A program made the translations under genes and the position numbers. A stretch of 45,042 bases of DNA. Origin: Candidatus Omnitrophota bacterium. GTDB lineage: Bacteria; Omnitrophota; Gorgyraeia; JABMRN01; RBG-13-46-9. Location of the stretch: the NCBI GenBank assembly GCA_030605095.1, contig JAUWBJ010000003.1:1-45042 (forward strand). Reading direction: 5' to 3'. Shown one piece after another: positions 27,153 to 35,935 of this stretch (positions within the stretch are counted from its first letter, which is position 1; each line of letters starts with the position of its first letter). The notes under the pieces were generated by a model that did no database searches, had not been told where the DNA came from, and worked only from the letters and a program-made list of their open reading frames with translations.

Positions 27153-28490
27153 ATGGGATTATCCGGACTAGAAATATACAAACTATTACCCAAGACAAAC
27201 TGCAAGAAATGCGGGTTTCCGACGTGCCTTGCTTTCGCTATGCAGCTTGCCGCGAAAAAGGTATCGCTGGATAAGTGTCCTGATGTTACCGAAGAAGCCA
27301 AAAAGGCGCTCGAGAGCGCCGCACAACCACCTATAAAACTTATTACTATCGGCAAGGGCGAAGATGCGCTTGAAATAGGAAATGAGACCGTGCTTTTCAG
27401 GCATGAAGAGAAGTTCTATCATCCGGCCGGAATCGGGTTTTTATTGGAAGACACATCATCCGAACAAGATTTACGAAAAGCCCTTGAAGAGATAAAAAAA
27501 CTGGATTTTGAAAGGGTCGGACAGAGAATTAAAGTAAATCTCGTTGCGTTATCATGCAAAAATAACGATGCGTCAAAGTTTGAGAGTGCCTTGAAGATTA
27601 TCCTGGAAGGAAGTAATCTACCGATTGCGTTGGTAAGTGATGAACCATCTATAATCGGAAAGGCCCTTGAAGTCTCAAAAGATAAGATTCCGCTTATATA
27701 TAGAGCCACAAAGGCCAATTTTAAAGAAATGGCAAAACTTTCGAAGTCCTTTAAGGTGCCTTTGGTAGCAAGCGCGCCGACATTAGAAGAACTGGAAAGT
27801 TTGGTCAAAAACTTAAATGCCGAAGGGGTACAGGATATAGTTTTAGATACAGGCGAGAAAAATATCGCTGAAAAACTGTGGGATCTTACACAAATACGCC
27901 GTCTTGCCCTGAAGAAGGCATTCAGGCCGTTTGGTTATCCCGTTATCGCTTTTACAAAAAGTGAAGACCCGCTTCAGGAAGCAGCCGAGGCCTTAACATA
28001 CGTTGCTAAATATGCCGGTATAGTTGTATTAAAAAATAGAAACCCCTGGAACGTTTTACCTATTTTAACGGTAAGGCAAAATTTATATACCGACCCGCAG
28101 AAGCCGCTTCAAGTTGAATCGAAAATCTATGAGATAGGAAAGGTGTCGGATAAGTCGCCTGTTTTAGTTACGACAAATTTTTCGCTTACATATTATACGG
28201 TTGAATCAGAAGTGGAATCGGGTAAGATTCCTTCCTATATAGTATCCTGTGATTCCGAAGGCATGTCCGTTCTTACAGCATGGGCTGCCGAGAAATTTAC
28301 GGCGGAAACGATCGCAAAGACCCTGGAGAAAGTTGGCGTAAAGGATAAGGTAAGCCACAAAGAAATAATTATCCCCGGCTATGTCGCTGTTTTAAGCGGA
28401 AAACTTGAAGAGGAATCAGGTTGGAAGGTTACCGTGGGGCCGAGAGAGGCTTCAGGGATACCGTCTTTTTTAAAGAAGCTAGGTAAATGA
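27153..28490 (+). CDS. acsC: Corrinoid iron-sulfur protein large subunit (ACDS gamma)
   Basis: N-terminal LPKTNCKKCGFPTCLAFAMQLA [4Fe-4S] motif, and the length. Confidence 0.9.
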   Translation: MGLSGLEIYKLLPKTNCKKCGFPTCLAFAMQLAAKKVSLDKCPDVTEEAKKALESAAQPPIKLITIGKGEDALEIGNETVLFRHEEKFYHPAGIGFLLEDTSSEQDLRKALEEIKKLDFERVGQRIKVNLVALSCKNNDASKFESALKIILEGSNLPIALVSDEPSIIGKALEVSKDKIPLIYRATKANFKEMAKLSKSFKVPLVASAPTLEELESLVKNLNAEGVQDIVLDTGEKNIAEKLWDLTQIRRLALKKAFRPFGYPVIAFTKSEDPLQEAAEALTYVAKYAGIVVLKNRNPWNVLPILTVRQNLYTDPQKPLQVESKIYEIGKVSDKSPVLVTTNFSLTYYTVESEVESGKIPSYIVSCDSEGMSVLTAWAAEKFTAETIAKTLEKVGVKDKVSHKEIIIPGYVAVLSGKLEEESGWKVTVGPREASGIPSFLKKLGK

Positions 28491-28495
28491 AATGA

Positions 28496-28539
28496 GGCCA
28501 TGACTTAGGTCGGCTGTTGCCGACCTAAGTCATATGGCC
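28496..28539 (+). terminator. Strong GC-rich hairpin 6 nt after the acsC stop (terminator or RNA-stability element)
   Basis: A 15-bp perfect stem (28500-28514 / 28519-28533), a TGTT loop, and a GGCC extension with a 2-nt bulge. The downstream T-tract is only weak. Confidence 0.45.
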
Positions 28540-28546
28540 GAATTTT

Positions 28547-28654
28547 ACCCAGCACTAATTTCTATACTATACTGTGAATTGTAGATAATGAGAATAATGC
28601 AGATTAAAAGCCCTAATGCTGTAGAAATGTTTTTATTAGAAATTAGTGCTGGGT
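28547..28654. repeat. 108-nt element with perfect 18-bp terminal inverted repeats
   Basis: ACCCAGCACTAATTTCTA (28547-64) and TAGAAATTAGTGCTGGGT (28637-54) enclose 72 AT-rich nt. Confidence 0.6.
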
Positions 28655-28670
28655 TCAGGTGTCGTTAAAA

Positions 28671-30608
28671 ATGGAAAAATTTAAAGTTGTTTTTAAGCCT
28701 GCGGGGAAATCCGCTGAAGTGAAGAAGGGCGCCGATCTTCTCTCTACCAGCGTTTCTTGCGGCCTGCACATAAATTCGAGCTGCGGCGGAGAAGGTGTAT
28801 GCGGGAGATGCAAGGTAATAATTAAAAAAGGTAAATTCAGAACCGAGCCCACCGGAAGAATCTCTCACGAAGAGAGAAAGAAGGGCTATGTCTTAGCCTG
28901 TCTTACGACTGTTGAGGGGAACCTCGAAGTTCTCATCCCCAAAGAGTCGCGGCTTGACCTTAGCAAAATTAAAGAAGGAGATGCGCGGCTTCATCGCCTC
29001 AAGGGCATTTATTCAGAGACGGTAGAGGTTGACAAGGGGAGGCCTATTATAAGCGAAGAGGTATTTACCCACAGCCCGATATCAACAAAGGTTTATCTGG
29101 AACTCCCGCCTCCGACCCTGGAAGATATCGCGAGCGACTACGAGAGGCTGACTAGAGGAATAAAGAAAAAATACGACATACCTATAATGCAAACAGGCTT
29201 AAGGAATATACGAAAACTGGGAAGCGTCCTTCGCCACAGCGATTGGAAGGTAACAGTGACCTTAGGCAAGAGAAACGAGACAACAGAGCTCGTAATTATA
29301 GAACCGGGGGACTCTTCCAAAGAAAATTACGGAATTGCTTTTGATATCGGCACAACGACGGTGACGGGGCAGCTTATAAACTTGAATACGAAAGAGATTC
29401 TCGGAACGAAGGCAACTTATAACAAGCAGATAGCTTTCGGAGACGACGTAATTACCAGAATCGTATTTGCGACCGAGGGAAACGGGCTCGAGAGACTGCA
29501 CCACGCCGTTATAGATAATATGAATTCAATTATAGAGAAGCTTACAGACGAACATAATATACCCTTGAACCGCGTTACAGGCGTCATGTGCGCAGGGAAT
29601 ACAACCATGATGCATCTCTTGTTAAGGGTAGATCCGACTCATATAAGGAGAGAACCGTATGTCTCAACCGCGAATTTTGTTCCGGTCATAAGATCGGCTG
29701 AAGCGGGCATAAAGGTTCACCCGAGGGGGCTTCTCGCATGTATCCCGGGGGTTAGCACTTATGTTGGAGGTGATATAGTAGCAGGGACTGTGGCCTCGGG
29801 TATAAATAATGAGAAACACCTTACCCTTTTAATAGATGTCGGCACAAACGGAGAAGTAGTTCTTGGAAATAAGGAATGGATGGCATGCTGCTCAGCCAGT
29901 GCAGGCCCTGCCTTTGAGGGTAGCGGTGTTTCCTGTGGTATGAGGGCCATTAAAAGCGCGATAGAAAAAGTCGAGATCAACGCCAAGTTGGAGGCAAAAG
30001 TAAAAACCATAGACGGCGCCAAACCCATGGGGATATGTGGTTCGGGATACGTAGACCTTATTTCAGAGATGTTCAAAAGGGGCATAATAAATAGAGACGG
30101 GAAGATAAATCAGAATCTGAAGAATAAAAGAATTAGAAAAAGCGAGGGTAAATTTGAGTATGTCGTGGTTTTTAAGAATAAAGCTTGTTGCGGTTACGAC
30201 ATAGTTATCAAGGAATCTGATATCGAAAATATAAAGCGCTCGAAAGGCGCGATTTTCTCGGCAGCCTCAATCTTAGTGAAGAAATTTGACATGACATTTG
30301 ACAATATTGAGAGAATCTATATCGCGGGCGGTTTTGGGACATACATTAATATAGAAAATGCCGTTACCATCGGGCTCTTACCCGATGTAAATAGAAAAAA
30401 ATTCAAATTTGTCGGCAACAGCTCGCTTATAGGCGCCCGGGAGATACTTCTTTCGTACGACACTATGAAAAAGGCCGAAGAGATCGCAAGGAAAATGACA
30501 TATATAGAACTCAGCAAAGACCCAACGTACATGGATGAGTATATGTCGAGCCTATTTTTTCCTCACACGAACCTGGAAAAATTCCCGAGCGTGAAAAAAG
30601 CAAGATGA
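28671..30608 (+). CDS. acsV: Corrinoid activation/regeneration protein (RACo; 2Fe-2S ferredoxin + ASKHA ATPase)
   Basis: N-terminal plant-type ferredoxin motif CGGEGVCGRC, an ASKHA domain (FDIGTTTV, IDVGTNGE), and the acs context. ATG 28671 has an AGGTG SD; the track GTG start is 28659. Confidence 0.85.
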   Translation: MEKFKVVFKPAGKSAEVKKGADLLSTSVSCGLHINSSCGGEGVCGRCKVIIKKGKFRTEPTGRISHEERKKGYVLACLTTVEGNLEVLIPKESRLDLSKIKEGDARLHRLKGIYSETVEVDKGRPIISEEVFTHSPISTKVYLELPPPTLEDIASDYERLTRGIKKKYDIPIMQTGLRNIRKLGSVLRHSDWKVTVTLGKRNETTELVIIEPGDSSKENYGIAFDIGTTTVTGQLINLNTKEILGTKATYNKQIAFGDDVITRIVFATEGNGLERLHHAVIDNMNSIIEKLTDEHNIPLNRVTGVMCAGNTTMMHLLLRVDPTHIRREPYVSTANFVPVIRSAEAGIKVHPRGLLACIPGVSTYVGGDIVAGTVASGINNEKHLTLLIDVGTNGEVVLGNKEWMACCSASAGPAFEGSGVSCGMRAIKSAIEKVEINAKLEAKVKTIDGAKPMGICGSGYVDLISEMFKRGIINRDGKINQNLKNKRIRKSEGKFEYVVVFKNKACCGYDIVIKESDIENIKRSKGAIFSAASILVKKFDMTFDNIERIYIAGGFGTYINIENAVTIGLLPDVNRKKFKFVGNSSLIGAREILLSYDTMKKAEEIARKMTYIELSKDPTYMDEYMSSLFFPHTNLEKFPSVKKAR

Positions 30609-31378
30609 GTAACATAATAGCTATAGCAGGTAAGGGCGGAACGGGGAAAACAACCCTCGCGGCTTTGATTGTAAGGATACTTAAAGAAGAAAACGAGGGC
30701 TCTATTCTTGCTATCGACGCTGACCCCAATAGCAATCTCGGAGAACTCTTGGGTATAAAGGATATATCAACGATTGTAGAGATTATAGATGACATCTCCA
30801 AAAATCCCGGCCAGATTCCGCAGGGCGTGACAAAAGACAGATTTATAAATCTAAAGGTGCAGGAATCGTTAAACGAAGAAGAGGGTTTTGACCTCTTAAG
30901 CATGGGAAGGCCCGAAGGTCCGGGGTGTTATTGCTTTGCCAACAATATGTTGAGGGAAGTCATAAAAAAGCTTATGGATAGTTATTCCCATGTCGTAATT
31001 GATAATGAGGCCGGCATGGAGCATCTTTCGAGAAGACTCCTCGGCAGTATAGACACCCTTTTCATAGTAAGTGACACGACAGTCATCGGGATAAGGTCTG
31101 CTTCGAGAATTTCCGAACTCGCCAGCGGATTAAATACAAAAATTAAAGACAGATTCTTAATTTTGAATAAATCAAAAGGTAACGAAGATTCGCTTAAAGC
31201 GGAAATAGATAAAACAGCATTAAATTTAAAAACAGTTTTACCGCTAAACGAAGAACTCGAAGACGCCAGCGTAAAAGGTAAATCTATTTTCGAATTAAGC
31301 GATAAAAATCCCGTATTAAATTCGGTGAGAGAAATATGGAAGTATCAAAAGAAAATTGGACAGGGAAGATTAGCGTAG
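30605..31378 (+). CDS. cooC: CODH/ACS nickel-insertion ATPase (CooC/AcsF family)
   Basis: Deviant Walker A AGKGGTGKTT and the CxC motif GPGCYC. Confidence 0.9.
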   Translation: MSNIIAIAGKGGTGKTTLAALIVRILKEENEGSILAIDADPNSNLGELLGIKDISTIVEIIDDISKNPGQIPQGVTKDRFINLKVQESLNEEEGFDLLSMGRPEGPGCYCFANNMLREVIKKLMDSYSHVVIDNEAGMEHLSRRLLGSIDTLFIVSDTTVIGIRSASRISELASGLNTKIKDRFLILNKSKGNEDSLKAEIDKTALNLKTVLPLNEELEDASVKGKSIFELSDKNPVLNSVREIWKYQKKIGQGRLA

Positions 31379-32295
31379 TTACAATCGGCGCTACGGATAA
31401 AGAAGGGGGGACGAGGTCTTCGCAAGTTACCCTCGGAGGCGAGACTACCCTTCCGTATCTATTTAAAGAAGGCGATATACCGAATACGCCTGTTATTGCT
31501 ATGGAGGTTCTGGATATCGAGCCCACTGATTGGCCGGAAGTCTTGAAAAAACCGTTTGGGGATGCCTTGAAAGATCCTGTAAAATGGGCTGTTAAATGCG
31601 TAGAAGAGTATAAAACACCACTTATATGCGTTAAACTGACAGGAACCCATCCTGATTTTGGAAATAAATCCGCAGAAGATTCAGCCAAGCTTATCAAAGA
31701 TATATTGCAGGCAGTTAAGGTCCCGCTTATAATCCTGGGCTCGGGCGATGATGAAAAAGATAACCTGGTTTTAGCCAGGGTAAGCGAGGCCTCAAAAGGC
31801 GAGAGATGCTTAATAGGCGACGCTACCGAAAAAAATTATAAGACCCTCACAGCAAGCTGTCTGGCTGACGGCCACAATATAGTAGGGCAATCCCCGATAG
31901 ATATAAATATCGCAAAACAGGTGAATATTTTGATAAGTGAAATGGGATTTCCGTTAGATAGAATAGTGATTAACCCGACGATTGGCGCGTTGGGTTACGG
32001 AATGGAATACGCGTATTCCATAATGGAACGCGCGAGGAATGCGGCTTTAATCGGGGATAAGATGCTTTCCATGCCATTTATCTGTTTAGTCGGCCAGGAG
32101 GCATGGCGCGCCAAAGAGGCAAAGGCCCTGTCTTCAGAACATCCTGAATGGGGCGATGAGTATTCCCGGGGCGTATTGTGGGAGATAGAGACTGCTGTAT
32201 GTGTGCTCGTGGCAGGCGCTGACATTCTTATAATGCGACACCCGAAAGCGGTTGAAGAAACGAAGAAATATATTGATAACTTGATGAAGCGATAG
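31336..32295 (+). CDS. acsD: Corrinoid iron-sulfur protein small subunit (ACDS delta)
   Basis: TIM-barrel CFeSP small-subunit similarity, in the acs context. Overlaps the end of cooC by 43 nt. Confidence 0.85.
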   Translation: MEVSKENWTGKISVVTIGATDKEGGTRSSQVTLGGETTLPYLFKEGDIPNTPVIAMEVLDIEPTDWPEVLKKPFGDALKDPVKWAVKCVEEYKTPLICVKLTGTHPDFGNKSAEDSAKLIKDILQAVKVPLIILGSGDDEKDNLVLARVSEASKGERCLIGDATEKNYKTLTASCLADGHNIVGQSPIDINIAKQVNILISEMGFPLDRIVINPTIGALGYGMEYAYSIMERARNAALIGDKMLSMPFICLVGQEAWRAKEAKALSSEHPEWGDEYSRGVLWEIETAVCVLVAGADILIMRHPKAVEETKKYIDNLMKR

Positions 32296-32303
32296 GGAGG
32301 CGA

Positions 32304-33095
32304 ATGATGCTCGTAATCGGTGAATTAATAAACGGTATGTATAAAGCTATCGGGAAGGCTATTAGCGAGAGAGATAAGGCCGTTATACAAAAGATTGCCA
32401 AGGAGCAGGTTGCCGCCGGAGCGGGCATGCTCGATGTAAATACAGGCCCCTACGAGAAAAATCCAAAAGATGCGATGAAGTGGCTCGTTGAAACGATTCA
32501 GGGCGCTTGTGATATACCCCTTTCCCTTGACAGCACAAAGGCGGATGTTATTGAAGAAGGGTTGAAGCTGGTAAAGAAAAAAGCGATGATAAATTCAACC
32601 AGCGCCGATGATGAGAAATTAAACATAATTTTGCCCATCGCGAAAAAATATAATACCTCATTAATAGCCCTCACGATGGACAAAAAAGGCATTCCGAGAG
32701 ATAAACACGAAAGGATGGAGCACGCCGTTAAAATAATAACAAAATGCCAGGAGCTCGGATTCGATTTAAATGACTTATATTTAGACCCGATAGTTCTTCC
32801 CGTGAATGTCGCGCAGGCACAGGGCGTGGAAGTGCTGGAATCAATAAAGGAATTTAAGCTTTTATGTACCCCGGCGCCAAAGACAGTCATCGGGTTGAGT
32901 AACGCTTCTCAAGGAACGAAACAGAGGCCTTTAATAAACAGGGTATTTCTCGTAATGGCAATTGCTAACGGCCTGACAGCAGCGATTATGGATCCCCTTG
33001 ACAAACTCCTTATGGACGCGGCGATAACTGCGGAGCTTGTTCTAAACAAAAACATATATTGTGATTCATTTCTTAATGCTTACAGGAAGAAATAA
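32304..33095 (+). CDS. acsE: Methyl-THF:corrinoid iron-sulfur protein methyltransferase
   Basis: Pterin-binding barrel (IGELINGM.., LDVNTG, IGLSNAS). ATG 32307 has better SD spacing. Confidence 0.9.
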   Translation: MMLVIGELINGMYKAIGKAISERDKAVIQKIAKEQVAAGAGMLDVNTGPYEKNPKDAMKWLVETIQGACDIPLSLDSTKADVIEEGLKLVKKKAMINSTSADDEKLNIILPIAKKYNTSLIALTMDKKGIPRDKHERMEHAVKIITKCQELGFDLNDLYLDPIVLPVNVAQAQGVEVLESIKEFKLLCTPAPKTVIGLSNASQGTKQRPLINRVFLVMAIANGLTAAIMDPLDKLLMDAAITAELVLNKNIYCDSFLNAYRKK

Positions 33096-33511
33096 TGGTT
33101 ATAACTAAAACTATAAAACTTAAGTCAAAAGGTGATACGGATATAATTGATATAACCGACAGTGTGAGTGGTTGTGTAGAAAGTTCTAAGGTAAAGAACG
33201 GTATAGTAACCGTCTTTGTGCCCGGTTCAACCGCAGGTCTTACTACAATTGAGTATGAACCGGGATTAATTGAGGACATCCGGCAGTCTCTTGAGGTAAT
33301 TGCCCCAAGGCGCGGAGAATATCATCACAATTTGAGATGGCACGATGGCAATGGTTTTTCGCATGTGCGGGCTGCAATATTAGGGCCTTCATTAACCGTT
33401 CCTTTTTCCAATAAAAGATTGCGACTCGGAACCTGGCAGCAAATTGTTTTTATAGATTTTGATAACCGATCCCGGTCGAGGGAACTGGTGTTGCAAATAA
33501 TGGGTGAGTAA
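33095..33511 (+). CDS. yjbQ: YjbQ/UPF0047 family (secondary thiamine-phosphate synthase) protein
   Basis: HTTAGL-like TAGLTTIEYEP, and the H..GNG.SH and GTWQ motifs. Confidence 0.8.
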   Translation: MVITKTIKLKSKGDTDIIDITDSVSGCVESSKVKNGIVTVFVPGSTAGLTTIEYEPGLIEDIRQSLEVIAPRRGEYHHNLRWHDGNGFSHVRAAILGPSLTVPFSNKRLRLGTWQQIVFIDFDNRSRSRELVLQIMGE

Positions 33512-34804
33512 ATGAAGCCGGTATTACAACTAGCATTGGATTTTATAAACCTCAAAAGAGCGCTTAAGGTAGCGGAAGAGGCCGTAAGAGGCGGTGTTGA
33601 TTGGTTAGAGGCAGGGACTCCCTTGATAAAAAGCGAAGGCTTAGATGTCGTAAGGGAGCTTAGAAAAAGATTTCCCAGGGTGACGATTGTGGCTGATATG
33701 AAGACGATGGATGTCGGAAGAATAGAGACAGAAATGGCTGCTAAGGCAGGAGCGAATATAGTTTGCGTTTTAGCGGCTGCCTCCGACAGCACTATCACCG
33801 AATGCGTGGAAGCGGGAAGAAATTACGGTGCAAAGATAGAGGCTGATTTAATAGAGATTAAAGAAAGCAACCTGGAAAAACGCGCAAAAGAAGTAGAGAA
33901 ACTTGGCGTTGATTATATAGGAATACACATAGCTATTGACGAACAAATGAAAGGAAAGAATCCCTTTTCAAGATTGCAAAGAGTTGCAAAAGCGGTAAAC
34001 ATTCCCGTAGCTTGCGCAGGTGGCATAAATTCTGAGACAGCTCATCAGGCAGTAAAGAAGGGTGCAGAGATAGTAATAGTGGGCGGAGCGATAAATAAGG
34101 CTAAAGACCCGACATTGGCTGCCCGTCGGATAAAGAAGGCCATTACAGGCAGGAAAATCATCAAAACCGAACTTTTTAAGAGGGTATCGATAAACGATGT
34201 ACATAAAGTTTTAAAGAAAGTTTCCACCCCTAATCTTTCGGATGCGATGCACAGGACAGGGGATCTAAAAGGAATTAATCCTATTTCTAAAGGCGTCAAA
34301 ATGGTAGGCCCTGCCTTAACAGTCCGCACTTATCCGGGTGATTGGGCCAAAACTGTGGAAGCAGTTGATATGGCTGAGAATGGGCAAGTAATAGTGATAG
34401 ACGCCGGTGGCGTAGGGCCTGCTGTATGGGGAGAGTTGGCTACACATGGCGCGATTCAACGTAAACTCGCCGGCGTGGTAATAGACGGAGCAACCCGCGA
34501 TACCCCGGAGATACGCAAATTAAAATTCCCCGTATTTTCTAAGTTAGCAACACCTACTGCAGGTGAGCCAAAGGGTTTCGGAGAGATTGGTGTTCCGGTA
34601 ATGATAGGAGGGACAAGGGTCTGTAGTGGCGATTGGATAATTGGTGATGACGATGGTGTAGTATGCGTCCCTAAAGATAAAGTAGCAGAAATCGCAAACC
34701 GCGCCATGAGTGTTTTAGAGCAGGAAGAGCGCCTCCGAAAAGAAATCGACAGGGGTTCCACCCTGGCCCAGGTAATAGAGCTTCTCCGGTGGGAGAAGAA
34801 ATAA
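33512..34804 (+). CDS. Fusion: 3-hexulose-6-phosphate synthase-like (OMPdecase/HUMPS) + RraA-like aldolase domain
   Basis: The N-terminal half (LQLALDF, ADMKTMD, AGG) is HPS-like. The C-terminal half (GELATHGAIQRKLAGVVIDGATRD) is RraA/HMG-aldolase-like. Confidence 0.75.
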   Translation: MKPVLQLALDFINLKRALKVAEEAVRGGVDWLEAGTPLIKSEGLDVVRELRKRFPRVTIVADMKTMDVGRIETEMAAKAGANIVCVLAAASDSTITECVEAGRNYGAKIEADLIEIKESNLEKRAKEVEKLGVDYIGIHIAIDEQMKGKNPFSRLQRVAKAVNIPVACAGGINSETAHQAVKKGAEIVIVGGAINKAKDPTLAARRIKKAITGRKIIKTELFKRVSINDVHKVLKKVSTPNLSDAMHRTGDLKGINPISKGVKMVGPALTVRTYPGDWAKTVEAVDMAENGQVIVIDAGGVGPAVWGELATHGAIQRKLAGVVIDGATRDTPEIRKLKFPVFSKLATPTAGEPKGFGEIGVPVMIGGTRVCSGDWIIGDDDGVVCVPKDKVAEIANRAMSVLEQEERLRKEIDRGSTLAQVIELLRWEKK

Positions 34805-34807
34805 CTC

Positions 34808-35926
34808 GTGATAAATAAACCCCGACGAATCTTTATATCCGCAACCGGTCAAAACGCCGGAAAAACTACCTTTTCCATAGGGCTTATCGCAGCGCTTTTA
34901 AAAAGGTTTAAAAACATAGGTTTTATAAAACCGATAGGCCAACGATATCTGATGGAGCAGGGGTTTAAGGTGGATGAGGATTCGGTTTTGATAGATAGAA
35001 TCTTTGATCTCAGTTCCGGCTTAAGCATAAAACACCTGTCCCCAATAGCCGTCGAAAGAGGTTTTACGGAAAAATATATCGAAGGCACCTCTAAAAGTAA
35101 AAGTGATTACGCGAAAGACATATTAAATTCCTTCGGAAGGGTAGCGGAAGACAAAGACCTTGTGATAATAGAAGGAACGGGGCATGCAGGGGTCGGATCT
35201 GTTTTTGACCTTTCTAATGCCACTGTGGCCAAGCTTCTTGACGCAAAGGTGATTCTTCTTGCCCCCGGTGGGGTAGGGAGGCCTATTGACGAGGTAATGT
35301 TGAATAAAGCGCTATTTGATAAAGAGGGTGTTGAACTTGCAGGTGTGGTTGTTAACAAGGTATTACCCTCTAAATTCGACAGAATCAAGAGATTCATAAA
35401 AATGGGATTTGAGAAGAAGGCTCTTTCGGTTTTAGGCGTGATGCCATATCAGAAAAGGCTGGACTTGCCGACCATGAGAGAGATATACGAGGAAGTGAAG
35501 ATTAAACTTTTATGCGGAGAAAAGTATTTAGAAAATACAGTGGATAGGATATTAATAGGCGCGATGGAGGTTAAAGAGGCACTGAAATACATAGTGAATA
35601 AGTCATTAATTATTACGCCTTCTGATAGGATAGACATGATTCGCGCTATGATCGATCTTCAGCGAGGCAAGATAAAAAAGAATTGTAAGATAGCCGGCTT
35701 AGTTCTATCAGGGGGGATGGAGCCTTCAGGCGATATACTCGCGCTTTTAGAAAAACAGAAAATCCCGACTCTTCTTTCCGGGGGTGATACGTATTCAATC
35801 GCCGCTAAGATACATAGTATAAAGGTAAAGATTAAACCGGAGGATAAAAATAAGATAGATATAATAATGAAAATGGTAAGCCGGTATGTTGATGTGGATA
35901 GGATTGTGGAGAATATAATTGGCTAG
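34808..35926 (+). CDS. Pta N-terminal-domain-like protein (BioD-like P-loop + DRTGG), without a PTA_PTB catalytic domain
   Basis: ATGQNAGKTT P-loop and a C-terminal DRTGG-like region (IITPSDR). 372 aa. Confidence 0.6.
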   Translation: MINKPRRIFISATGQNAGKTTFSIGLIAALLKRFKNIGFIKPIGQRYLMEQGFKVDEDSVLIDRIFDLSSGLSIKHLSPIAVERGFTEKYIEGTSKSKSDYAKDILNSFGRVAEDKDLVIIEGTGHAGVGSVFDLSNATVAKLLDAKVILLAPGGVGRPIDEVMLNKALFDKEGVELAGVVVNKVLPSKFDRIKRFIKMGFEKKALSVLGVMPYQKRLDLPTMREIYEEVKIKLLCGEKYLENTVDRILIGAMEVKEALKYIVNKSLIITPSDRIDMIRAMIDLQRGKIKKNCKIAGLVLSGGMEPSGDILALLEKQKIPTLLSGGDTYSIAAKIHSIKVKIKPEDKNKIDIIMKMVSRYVDVDRIVENIIG

Positions 35927-35935
35927 GAGGAAGTT

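Noticed and set aside
28491-28658. Cobalamin riboswitch in the spacer before the corrinoid-activation gene.
   Set aside because: No B12-box-like sequence is visible, and the spacer is too short and too AT-rich for the known class. It is kept instead as an unexplained structured element.
28588-28668. 26-aa ORF (MRIMQIKSPNAVEMFLLEISAGFRCR) inside the inverted-repeat element.
   Set aside because: It has no SD, runs through the repeat arm and the RACo SD, and its composition is unremarkable. It is probably spurious.
20390-30608. Additional inteins or large insertions in the other long proteins (CooS, RACo, Fhs, MnmG, PurH).
   Set aside because: Their lengths match the typical family sizes, and I saw no Cys/Ser..HN-Cys/Ser/Thr bounded blocks or abrupt AT-rich segments inside them.
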